Assembly (NCBI RefSeq): GCF_000143415.4
Contig: NW_003314353.1
Location: 276,140-340,139 of the forward strand
Direction of reading: 5' to 3'
DNA: 64,000 bases
Source: Selaginella moellendorffii
Lineage: Eukaryota; Plantae; Lycopodiophyta
Shown in pieces: positions 11,919 to 23,296 of the stretch. The notes beneath the pieces are model-generated. The model was not told the origin of the DNA, did no database searches, and saw nothing but the letters and a program-made list of their open reading frames with translations. Position 1 is the stretch's first letter; every line of letters starts with the position of its first letter. Both the position numbers and the translations under genes were made by a program.

Positions 11919-12230
11919 ATAGGAACTTGGAGATTTAAACTCGTCGGCAATGAGGTGATGAGTTATTCATTCGAAGTAAGCAAACTTTACGCATTGACAA
12001 CTTTGAGTCCAAGCTCACAGGCATTCCTGACAGTATGAACAACTAGCCGAATTTCCAGGTTCGTCAATCTTTCACGGTACTGTACTTCGTTTGCTCGACT
12101 GTCGATTTCCTCCTAAACAGGAACTTGGAGATCTAAAAGTGTCGACAATGAGGATCAGGTGGAATAAGCAAACTCTACTCGAAATTCTTTCGAGAAGCGC
12201 ACTGACAACTGAGTCTAAGCTCACAGGCAG
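11839..12230 (+). repeat. ~200-bp imperfect tandem duplication at the 3' end of the TPM gene
   Basis: GAACAACTAGCCGA...CAGGTTCGTCAATCTTTC...TTTCCTCCTAAA.AGGAACTTGGAGAT...AAGCTCACAGGCA occurs at ~11839 and ~12038. Confidence 0.8.
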
Positions 12231-13170
12231 CAAGCTTTATCGCAATTCTTTCGAAGGAACTTTCAGAAGTTATAGGAACAGAGCTGACAAATTCGCCGTC
12301 CCGGGTCAATCGTTCCATCGATTGAGTAAATTCGTCAACAAAGAAACGATAGATACTCATGCTTTGAGCTCGCCACATCTGACTTCTACATTGAAACGAT
12401 GGACTTTCGCTCGGAGACGTCGGATGAGATGCGCGGACGGTCCAGATTCGCACCATCTGGAGCACCAAAAAACAATGCGCGAAAGTCGTAAGCTCGCCAT
12501 CTAACTCCTTTATTGTTGACGCTGATGTTTGGTGGTGTAGCTTGCAGGCAAGGAACTGTATTAAATCCGCAAGGCGTCGAATCGAAAGCAATCCGATCTA
12601 CAGGACTCTCCTCCTCGTATTAAAATTTTGGGACGCCGAGACTTTTGGTGTTGCGTGTTGCGAGTTGCGGTATGTTTTTCCTATCTCGCGAATCGTTCTC
12701 ATGGACTTGCTTGCAGGCAGGCAACAAACATTCAAAGGTTCGCGCATTGACTATAGGCGGAAAGGAGAAAAAAACACACACACAGTCTTATTAGAAGATT
12801 TATTCAAGAAGCACTCGAGAACAGCGAGGAAGAGCTGTCCATTTCTCTTTCGGTGAGGCGCCAACGATTTGTGGAAGCTCTTACACACAGGCAAGTTGTT
12901 TGATAGATTTTTTTCTCTTCTTCTCTTTCTTTATCCATCTGTTTTGTTCTTCACACGTTGCTCGTGGTTTACCGGCTGTTCTTGAGTGATTTCCCTGCTT
13001 TCTATTCTCACAAGGTCTGTTTTGTTGCTCGATTCAGGCACCCAATGCGCCGCCGTGGGCGACTGTCGCATCAAAATCGCTTCTTGGCATCGTTTTCTCG
13101 GACCCTTTAAGCAGATCTCCTCAGTGCTGCGCTTTGCGAACGCTAGGAGATCTCTCCTCTCTCAATCAAG

Positions 13171-13719
13171 ATGATGCAAGCAGCGTCTCCTCCTCGCCCA
13201 TCTCCGGCTCCTCTCCCAGCAGCAGATTCAAAGTACTCTGGAATCGTCCCAAGGCTCTACAATTCCTTCGGAGGAAACGATCGATCCTACTACGTGAAGC
13301 TGCGAAACGACGATGAAGATGTGGGCTTCCTCGGCAAGAAGAAATCCAAGAAGAAGAGGCCAGCGATTCGAATGGGCAGCAGGAGGAAGACCAGGTTTGC
13401 CGCTATGCCCAGGAAGATGAGATTTCGAATTCGTCTGGCGAGGCCCAAGATTCGTCTGGGATTTCTATCCTCTTTGCTCTCGCCCATCAAGCTCTTGAGG
13501 CGGCTCCGCGATGCCTATGTCAACATGATGCTGTCGCTGGCTTCAAAGGGGGATTTTAGCGGCGCTGTCATGGGCAACACGATGTATATCCCGAGTGGGC
13601 AGCCATATAGGGTTCCAATTGGGGGAGTCGACTCCAGGAAGGAAGATGAGATCCTGGCATACATCGATTATCTCCGGCGGAGCGGGAAGCTATTGCCGGA
13701 TCCGGTGCTTGATAGATAG
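13171..13719 (+). CDS. Uncharacterised basic plant protein (SP.KLLRRLRDAYVNMML family)
   Basis: Intronless 182-aa ORF with a motif I recall from a conserved land-plant family of unknown function. Confidence 0.7.
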   Translation: MMQAASPPRPSPAPLPAADSKYSGIVPRLYNSFGGNDRSYYVKLRNDDEDVGFLGKKKSKKKRPAIRMGSRRKTRFAAMPRKMRFRIRLARPKIRLGFLSSLLSPIKLLRRLRDAYVNMMLSLASKGDFSGAVMGNTMYIPSGQPYRVPIGGVDSRKEDEILAYIDYLRRSGKLLPDPVLDR

Positions 13720-13819
13720 ACTCTGTTTCTAGGGTTCTTGAAGAAGTTGTTTTACCTGCAAATGTAAATAAGACATTTAGTATCTTTAGAATATTCAAGT
13801 AAATTCTGGAATAATGTTA

Positions 13820-14205
13820 ATCCAACGGTCAAGATTTCCCACTGCTATCGTTGGTTTAATGCTAAGTTCTTTATAAGTAATTTGCAAGATAAAACATACA
13901 GAAGCTTATCACCACAGCTCTTGAAAATATCAAAGAACATCCAATCTGCAGCCTCTTCCTCAATGTAGCTGACAAAGCAGTCTCTTCTTTTTTCCCAAAG
14001 TAAATCAGAAATCTGCTCGTTGCCCAACCCCGGGACAAAATCTGTGACAAAGTTTACTACATGACTGTAAAAACCAAGGAGATTGCACAGCTTATATGAA
14101 AGTACAAGACAGGGTTGCGATTGTAAGACTTGCACCATGCGCACCTTAAAGGGTCGATAAATGCCTTGGTCTAGAACAAATAGCAAATGGACTTATATGA
14201 AGATT
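13820..14205. repeat. Dispersed repeat copy A (paralogue at ~16980-17357)
   Basis: Shared blocks AAGCTTATCACCACAGCTCTT, ATCAAAGAACATCCAATC, AAAGTACAAGAC.GGGTTGCGATTGTAA and AAATGCCTTGGTCT. Confidence 0.75.
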
Positions 14206-16979
14206 GGGAGAAAGAAATCTTCATTACCTCCTAGCTCAGTACTTGAACAGAACAAGATGTTCGTTCAAAAATCTGGAGGCTGTCTTGAGAAGCTTGCTAA
14301 CCTCTGGATGATCATTGTTATTTATGGCATTCAGATTGGACCCATTTGAAAAGAAAACCAAGAGATCACTATTACCAGATCTGATACCAAACATTAAAAG
14401 GACCTGCATAGACACTCAAATGCTTGCATTGAGAGATACGAATGCTATCTCAGGCTGGTTGTTGAAGCGCAAACTCCTATCGGCGGCATGTATCCTCAAA
14501 ACCTGGAGTGTTGTCAAGTCTACACAAAGGTGGTGTGGACCAAAAGACCTCTCCTGATCTTCAGCTAGCAACCACACTTGAGGTGCACCTGGCTCACATC
14601 GTGGTTACTTGGATTGCTCCACATTTTGTAAGTTTGAGGCACTACCGATACCTGGGCGGTCATCACTATTCCCAAAGCTCTCACCTCTAGCATGAAGCAT
14701 CCTTGGAATCCCTTTGCCTCTTGGACGCTGCTAGAAACTATGCTCGTTTTTGAGTCTACAACTTGCTTTGGCAGCAGCACATTGGTCAGGTTCCTAAAGC
14801 TCACCCAAGCAATACCAGCATGTTTGAGCCTGTTGCACACTGAGTTAAGCCCGAATGCACCCTCTTGATAAACTGTCATAAACCATGAACAAGAAAAATT
14901 TGTCATGACACCAAATTCGGACAAACAAAAATAGTTTATTACCTGGTAGTGTCTTTGGACTAAAAGTTTATAATTCACATGCATCTTCTGGACACATTAC
15001 AATGCTTTTGAAGAAGTTTTGATTGAGTTCGTCCTCCCTCTGAGCATACACTTGAGTGAAAGAGAAGCACAAGTAAGAAAGTAATCTTTTCTTGTAGTTT
15101 AGTACTTACCTCCTCTAAGGATAGTTGGTAGTTATGAAGAAATGAGGCAATGATCTCTTAGTGCTGTTTCGTGTAGTCAAGATCCAATCTAAGTTTCTTA
15201 GCGGTGGCAACAATATCTCCTGCACCACTTCAAAACTACTTGGAGAGTTTGAAATTCTAGAAGCCAGATTTTCTCATTATAAATGGATTGCACACATAAG
15301 AAAAATATAGCTTACCTCTTGCATGATTCTGTAAGTTCTGCAATTTCAATAATTAGGCCTAGTGAGTATGTGAAGCATGGGTTGAGGCCTATGCACAAGA
15401 ACTAGAATTTAGTTCTAGTGCCTAGGCCTCAACTAGAATTGACACTGCAGTTAAGCAGCCTTGTGTGGAGAAGAGGGCAGCAATAAGCATGAGAATTGCA
15501 TGACAATCTAGCTAGTGAGGAGGTGATAGTGCTGCTACTACTGGTGGATGTGCTAGTGCAAGAAGGGGCTAGAGGCCTAGATTCCAAGTTGACAACAAGC
15601 CATGTGATAGATAAGCTTAGTTGTGGTATAAATGCTCTCAGGTTATGAGCTGAAGGGAGCTGGCAAAGAGTTTGGCTTCTGATTTTAATAAAAGGAATAT
15701 TACTATATTTAGCTAATCCTGTTTTTCTTTTCAGATAATCCTTCTTAGATTATAAACTGAGCTGGAAAAATAAGGATATACCCAAAAAATAAAAGAAACA
15801 ACAAGAAATAAAAAAAAATTAACATAAAAAATATAAATTGCTTTAAAATAGGTACAAGCACTAGTATATTGGATAGACCATAAAGTTGTTTTTATTAGCA
15901 TAGAAAACACATTTAAAACAAATAAAATCAAGTATTATTGCATAGTACAATATATTATTTTGAAATTTCACTTTAGTTTCTGCATTTTTACTTCTTTGCT
16001 GTTTTATTCATATACTATTTACATAGCCCTAAAAAGCATGATGAGGGATTTAAATAAGTTACTTATATGATTACTTTTTGTTATGTGGTGGATAACATTC
16101 TTTATACCCCACCAATTAATTTATTTAACATAGAAATTATATTCATCACTACAAAAAAAAGTTACTTATAATTTCAAGAAAAATACATATCATTCATTTG
16201 GGTTCTTATCAGCTTTTTATATATTATCATTCACTTTCAATTGCTTGTGCTCAATTTATGATTCACACTAAATTTTTATTCACTCTTTTTTGTCTATATA
16301 ATTTGTAAGGATCTTGATTTCCTTCAAAAGTTACTACACTTAATCAAATACTCATATTATTTATTGTTATTCACATTTTCCCTCATAAATTTTGATTTAT
16401 AGCTTTTACTACTTACTCAATTTTAATGTTAACACTAGAAGGAAATATATAATAAATACAAAATTTAATACATGATAAAAATAAATTGTTATGTATTGCA
16501 TTTTTGCAACACTTGGTTTTCATGTGTAATTTAGTATTACATACAGTTTATTATGATTGATGCAGCCAAACTCAAATAATTATGTATTAGCAAAATTTTA
16601 CTACAATTTAATTTGTTTTATTTGCTAGAGAAAATGTTTTATTTATATAATTTCTCATAATATACACTTGCAACTTAAGAACCATGAAATATTAAAAACC
16701 TTCTAGCATTCAAGTGGAGTATTATTCTTATTAATGTGGTTATTACTTTTTATGAATAAAATAGTACTTGATAAATTTTTTAAATGCTTTTTATGCTGGT
16801 CTTTACACTCTCATCACTAGCAATGTCAATTACTCTTGGATCAATGAATCCACAACTAAAAAATAAAAGGAAAGGAAAAAAAGTAATAAAAGGTTTTACA
16901 CTTGATATATAATGTCCTTAACAAAAGTTTTTATAATGCTTATTAAGTTAGAATTATCCTACTTATTCTACTTGCTCAA

Positions 16980-17357
16980 ACGGTCAATAATGCTAAGCTT
17001 TTTATAAACCACTGTTTAATTTCTAGTAAATTGCAAGAGAAAAACTCTCATGGGATAGCATATAAGCTTATCACCACAGCTCTTCAAACCATCAAAGAAC
17101 ATCCAATCGGCAGCCTCTTTCATGTCCCTCAAAGTAGCTGACAAAGCAGCCTCTTTCCCAAGGAAATCAGAAATCTGTTTGTTGCTCAACCCTGGGACAA
17201 AAATTGTGACAAGGCTTACCATACGACTGTAAAAGCCATGGAGATTGCACAACTTACACAAAAGTACAAGACTGGGTTGCGATTGTAATACCTTAAAGGG
17301 TCGACAAATGCCTTGGTCTGGAACCAATAGCAAATGGGACACCAACTCATATGAAGA
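16980..17357. repeat. Dispersed repeat copy B (paralogue of 13820-14205)
   Basis: Same blocks in the same orientation, with indels. Confidence 0.75.
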
Positions 17358-18252
17358 TTAGACAGAACTGGGCAGTGGGTCTGGGCATACCACCTGGACC
17401 TCCACATGATGAAGCACCTAAAGAGCACATTGTGTTTTGTATTTTCCACCTGAGGCAAGTGGCAACCAAGATAAGAAAAACTTACACATCTTATACAATA
17501 GATAACAGCCTAAACATATAATAGATGTATTATCCTATGTTACAAAATCTCTGAATAAAACATTTATCAATATTAATATTACAAGTAAATTACAAAGCTT
17601 AAATTTTTTAATTAAAATGATTTTTATTCTTAAATAATCAAGCTGTTTTTAAAATATTAATAATATAAATTAAACAAAGTAATAAATCTTCAAAGCCATT
17701 GTTGTCTACAATGGTGAACTATGAACTATCTATGCAAGAAACTTTTATCGATCAAGAAATAAATAGATAATTATTCTAGTTAATAAAATTTAGCTTAATA
17801 TTTTCTTTTTCTCTCTTTACACTTTATCAAAAAAAGAAACACACTTTCACTATAAATGCTATGAAGGTATAGTTTTACCTTCACATAATTCTAGTGTTCA
17901 AGCTTAAATATCATAATGATGAAAATTGTAATATATTAATGATATTATATATTAAAAACAATTTCTAGAGGCTTAGAGAAAACCCTTATGACTTACTAAT
18001 GATGGTGGATTGAACTTTAGAATGGTGCTTAAGTACATCATATGAGATAATGTATCACAAGTGTAAGTCTATAATTTTTAAACTTGCTGTTTAATCATTT
18101 TAAATTTGAATGGAGTTTATTTTAAAATATAATATTAATATTAATAAATTATAAGATATAATAATTTATTTAACATTAATAATAATATATAAAACTTATT
18201 TATAATTATTTTAACGTTTCTGATAATTGTTTTAGACAATATTTTTAATAAA

Positions 18253-19218
18253 TCATGTACATAAAAAATGATTTGCAGGATTTAAAGCCCACCAAACTTC
18301 ATTAGGTGCTTTTAATGTATATGAGACTAAATTACAATCATTTTGTAAAATTAAATATGTAAAGATAAAACATTTTTTGCAGAACTTCTTTATAGACCAT
18401 ATAACGTCTAATTGTTTTGAATAAATTACTAAATTACCATCTTTTTGAAGTATTAATCTACAAAACCCATCAATCTTAAATGTTAATGTTTCCCATATTT
18501 TATTTGGTCCAGAATAAAGGACCATATTACAATTATAGTGAAGATACAAGATATGCTTTTTATTTGGTGATATTAGATATTCTTCAACATGAAGTACTTG
18601 ATAAATTGGAAATCCACTATCAAGTATACTGAATGATATTTGACAATTTCCACTCAAAGGATTCGTTTTAATAGATTTCTTTCTGAATGATGATGTTGGT
18701 TTTCTATTCCAAACTATTACAGCATATTGTATTTCATATTGATATCTTGTAATTTGTACTGCATCTGCACCTTCTACAACCATCCTTCCATGGTATTCTT
18801 CAATCATACGATGTATTTGACGCTTTAAATTCATTCCTTTCACTTTATCATTTGAAGGTGAATTTGACTCACAGTTAGCTGTTGATTCACCGAATCGCCT
18901 TATTGCTACACAAACAACCCCTCTAGAAACAGTTACCAATTTAAAATCTGTATAATCTGATGGATATGATTCATTATTATATAATTTTCCTGCAAGCTCA
19001 TAAAAACCCTGATTCATTATGTTATTTATATCTTGTTCGTTTAAGCTATGATCTTCATCATTATTTCCCCATACAATTGTTTCTTGAAAACCGGATTTTA
19101 TTAGTATGAAAATACAAAAAATAAAGAACATTATTTTGAGAGAGTAAGAAAAGGTACTTACCCTTAATCTTTCATGTCTAGATTCATTTCCTTTATAATT
19201 ATTTTTATTTATATTCAT
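18253..19218 (-). CDS. Secreted protein: unknown N-terminal domain + C-terminal bulb-type (GNA/B) lectin domain
   Basis: Hydrophobic leader MFFIFCIFILIKSG; lectin repeats CNMVLY..IWET, LILQKDGNLVIY..VIWS and LILQNDCNLVSY..VWWA; intronless, very AT-rich. Confidence 0.75.
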   Translation of the reverse strand: MNINKNNYKGNESRHERLRVSTFSYSLKIMFFIFCIFILIKSGFQETIVWGNNDEDHSLNEQDINNIMNQGFYELAGKLYNNESYPSDYTDFKLVTVSRGVVCVAIRRFGESTANCESNSPSNDKVKGMNLKRQIHRMIEEYHGRMVVEGADAVQITRYQYEIQYAVIVWNRKPTSSFRKKSIKTNPLSGNCQISFSILDSGFPIYQVLHVEEYLISPNKKHILYLHYNCNMVLYSGPNKIWETLTFKIDGFCRLILQKDGNLVIYSKQLDVIWSIKKFCKKCFIFTYLILQNDCNLVSYTLKAPNEVWWALNPANHFLCT

Positions 19219-21119
19219 ATATAAATTGGTTTATAAGATTTTGGCATCAAGCATACATTTTTGTCCTCTTTGTGGCATGTATTTAAAACAATTAGTAATA
19301 CATTATCACGCAATACTTATATTATTTATTGTAACAAGAAAACTGTAACAAATGGCTGCTAGCAACAAAGCTTCTGAAATTTCTTGTGAATCGTGGATGG
19401 TGGCTTATCCAGCCAAGCTACTAAAAGCTTGTAGGTTTTGATTGAGTATATTATGTCTCAATGGGATTGGAGTATGATGCTATAGCCAGTATAGATTGCA
19501 AAGATCAAATTTAACTTCACTATGGGCTCATGCATAAAATGTGGGGAGAACACACACAAGGCCCACACCAAAAATCCCCTAGCAATAGGGGAGGAGGGAG
19601 TATATACCCCCTCTCCCAGAATATCCCCATGCCTTTAGAATATTATAGGGAATCTCACTTAAAATCTATGTTAATTGAGGATAGGAAAGATAAGAAGTTA
19701 TAAAGTTCTAAGATCAAGGGAAAAACATATAGGAAAAACTTGATCCAAAAATTAGGAGAAACAAAGAAAAGAAAAAAAGGCAAAGAAAGCAAAGATGCAA
19801 CCAAATGATAATAAAGACTAATTTGAGTTATTGCCTCAAAAGGTTTTGAGAAAAAGTAGTTTCAGCTTAGTGTTGATCATTCATAGCTAGCCTATATACT
19901 CTTCAATTGTGTTTAGAGCTATTGATTAAATGTGTTAAAGGCTTATTAATGTATGTTTAGATTTGAGTAGTTATTTTGTCCATACTTATCTATGATCCTT
20001 TATATTGTTATCTGGAGTGTTACCTTTTCCTTGGACAAATATATAATTTGATGATATGAGTGTAGTGTCTAGGTTTTATAAAGAAGAGTTAAAAAGTGAT
20101 TGTTGGTTGCTTTGCAACTAGTTATTATTTGTTGAATTCATTGAGGATTGTAATTATATTACTTAGCTCTATGGTGATTTAGCGGTGAAATGCCTTTACT
20201 AGATGGTATTGTAAAGTATCGTGTCATTGGTCTTGCATGGTTTCTCCAAGTGAATATTTTGATTCTATCTCTATTGATATTATTTATTTGCATTTAGTTT
20301 GTAGTGTTGGATAATATTAAGTTTTGTGTAAGCCATAAATTTTCCAATTTGAAGCTTACCTCATCTATCCAACCACCACCACTTTAGCCTTAGTTAAGAT
20401 CCCTTGCTAAAGTTCCCATTTATTGTACCAGCTCTGACTTAGTCCTATTTGGTTTTAGGTATTCATTGCTTGAGCTATAGAGTGTTATCCATCCATCCAC
20501 GAATTCCTAAATTTTCTCCTAATTCCTTTCCCTAAGTTAGACTGGACTTAAGTTTGGCTACACTCCCTGTAGGCACAAGCAACCAAGCACACCAAGCCTC
20601 CAAATTTTTAACATCCCTTAGTATAACAAAATTTGATTATGAAACCTTTTAAATCCCAAACCTTGGGTACATCACTTGCTTCAGGACTCTAGGGGGAAAA
20701 CACTATGGCCTAACGGCCCAGTATAGGTACCCTTACTTCCCCACTTTCATCCCAAAAGGAAGGCCCAAGCCCTTGGGAAAGCACAAGGATTAATGAACCA
20801 TATAATACTCAAGTGGGGCATCACTCCACATGAGTCAGGAACATTATATTTGGTTTCCCTATTGGGAGTGGGAGTTGCTCTTGAGCACTTTCTTGGGTGG
20901 CCTCTCTAGCACTACTTGACTTCATACTCACTCCCACCCAAGACTCTTAACCCTTAGTCTCAACCTTAAGTTAATTTGGAAGCATCATTGAAGAGTCCCT
21001 TCAAGATTGGTTCCTAAATCTCACTATCCTTAATATATTTTTGGAACCCCTTGCAGCCCTCCCCCCCCTTAGAGACACATGCTTTATGCTTTCACTTTAT
21101 GATTTATATTAGTATTCAA

Positions 21120-21355
21120 ACTTGGTCTCGATCTCGGACTTAACCTCAGACTTGGTCTTGAAGTTAATATTGGATTTGATCTCGAACCCGATCTCAGACT
21201 TAGACTCAGTCTCGGACTCAGTCTCAAACCCAATCTCAGATCTTAAACTCAGTCTCAAACTCGTTCTTGGAGTCGGTCTTGGACTCAATCTAGTACTCGG
21301 TCTCAAACTTGGTTTTGGACTTGGTCTCAAACTCAATCCCAAAATCGGTCTCATC
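21120..21355. repeat. Degenerate hexamer array (CTCGGA/CTCAGT/CTCAAA-like)
   Basis: 6-nt periodicity; reverse-complement, decayed version of the TCCGAG array at 23925-24108. Confidence 0.65.
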
Positions 21356-22291
21356 TGATGAAGTCTTTATCATTTTGGTTATGGTTTCAGGATCCTTTAG
21401 CCTATGACACCTTAGGGAGTTAGTTCCTTACAACTCCACCACCCATAGAAGAAATTTGATACCCACATCGAACATCTTTTTTTAATCCTAGACCATGTCT
21501 CTGAGGGCATCCCCCACTTAGCAATGTGCCTAAGTTAGCTTCCCCAATTAAGAGCCCATAACAATAGGATATAGATGTCCCTATACCCCTTACCTCACTA
21601 AGCCCTAATTTGGGGTTGAGACTTGATTGCTTTACTAGAGGGTTGGGACTTGAACCCAACCTTCATAGAATATGTCTGCGGAATCAACATCCCTCCGAGG
21701 AGTTGGGCATAGCCCATTAAGCTTGGTTGACTTGTTAATTAGTTTATTTTTGGCGTGCCTTTGAGTCTTAACATATGACATTACTCAATTTCATAAATGG
21801 ATACTTTAATTGAACTTTACATAAGTACATAGAGTTTTACCTTGCAAAAATTCCTACACTAGATCTCGCTAGGTTCTCCTTTAATTCCTATGTTGCTTTG
21901 CAAAGTGGAAATCCTTTCCATTTCACACAGAACTCCCTCACTTCTCATCTTTGTCATTTGCTCTTGCACATATTAAGGATAACTTTGACTTTGTATTCCT
22001 CTTCCTTTTAAATAACCTTAGGTAAAGGTCTTACTTGGTCCTTGCAAAACAGATCCTTAAAATACGGTTTGAATAAGTTCATATGGAACACAAGGTGCAT
22101 CTTCCCTATTTTCTAAGGAAGTGTAAGCTCTTGAGTTTGGACTTCCCGGGAGGTCACCTAGCCCAATACTATTCAAACCCAAGGACGCTTAACCCCAAAT
22201 ATCCCAAGACCCTTAACCGATTGGAAAAGGGGGTGCACTCTTGTTCATGGGCCCTTTGGTTGCTTACAGGAAGTTAAATGTGGTAAGCCAC

Positions 22292-23015
22292 TGTAGCGCA
22301 CATTATTTTTTTCCCCTTAAGCCAACTGGAAAAGGGGCAATTGCTTGATGAGAGAGCCCTTAGTGGCTATTTTATCCCTATTTATCCCCCAAGGTTCTAA
22401 GGATCCACGATGATAATATATCCAAATCTCATCCCATAATCACATACGCTACACTTACCCCCCCTTTAGAAATGTCAATGTCTTCATTGACTATTGACTA
22501 ACAACCCCTAATCCTTTAGAAATGTCAATGTCTTCATTGACTATTGACTAACAACCCCTAATGAGCCAAAAGGAACCAGCATCTCCATTTCCGCATTTAA
22601 TCTATTAATCTTTCCATTGTGTAGATCAATTATTCCATGTGAGGCAACTAGTCATCCACCCGTACCACAGTCCCATGGTGGATACCTTCGTTTGTGGATA
22701 CTCCACACAAGAGGAAAGACATACGCATGGATGCCTAATACGTATGATTTCAGATTTAGGGGCAGGAATATACCTTGCTCAAGGGTATATTATATTTTTA
22801 AGTAACCACTAATCAATGGGAATTGAACTTGTGCCATTTGCTCTGATACCAACTGTAGCACACCTTATCTCTCTCCCCTTAAGCTAACTGGAAAAGGGGC
22901 AATTGCTTGATGAGAGAGCTTTTAGTGGCTATTTTATTCCCATTTATCCCCCAAGGTTCAAAGGATCCACAGTGACAGTATATCCAAATCTCATCCCATG
23001 ATCACATGCGTTACA
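22292..23015 (-). mobile_element. TRIM (miniature LTR retroelement) nested in the chromovirus integrase
   Basis: Two 162-bp TG...CA LTRs (22292-22453, 22854-23015); PBS TGGTATCAGAGC (22851-22840); PPT next to 22454; 5-bp TSD GCCAC/GCCAT; 400-bp non-coding interior. Confidence 0.9.
22463..22562 (+). repeat. 50-bp direct tandem duplication inside the TRIM
   Basis: CCTTTAGAAATGTCAATGTCTTCATTGACTATTGACTAACAACCCCTAAT x2. Confidence 0.9.
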
Positions 23016-23296
23016 GCCATTTTGCCAATTTGAGCCTCAATTTTATAAGGCTTTGTGAATTTGCTTAAGGAACTTAAGATCAGTTCATTTTTAGGAATCC
23101 ATGCATTTTATCTTTGTGTCAACTTCTAATTGATCCCACTTGGCAACGTTAGGTTCTTGGTGTTCAGCCACACCTTCCCAGCTTGGAAGTTTATATCCCA
23201 ACGCTAGTCTATATATTTGGTTTGCCTTTGTTGAGCCTATTCCAAAGAATCCCTCACTAGATCCCAAATGTTGAGTCTTTCTGCCATGAATGCCTT

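Noticed and set aside
19380-21800. Possible 3' LTR of the chromovirus
   Set aside because: No second LTR in the window and more than one candidate PPT, so boundaries cannot be supported.
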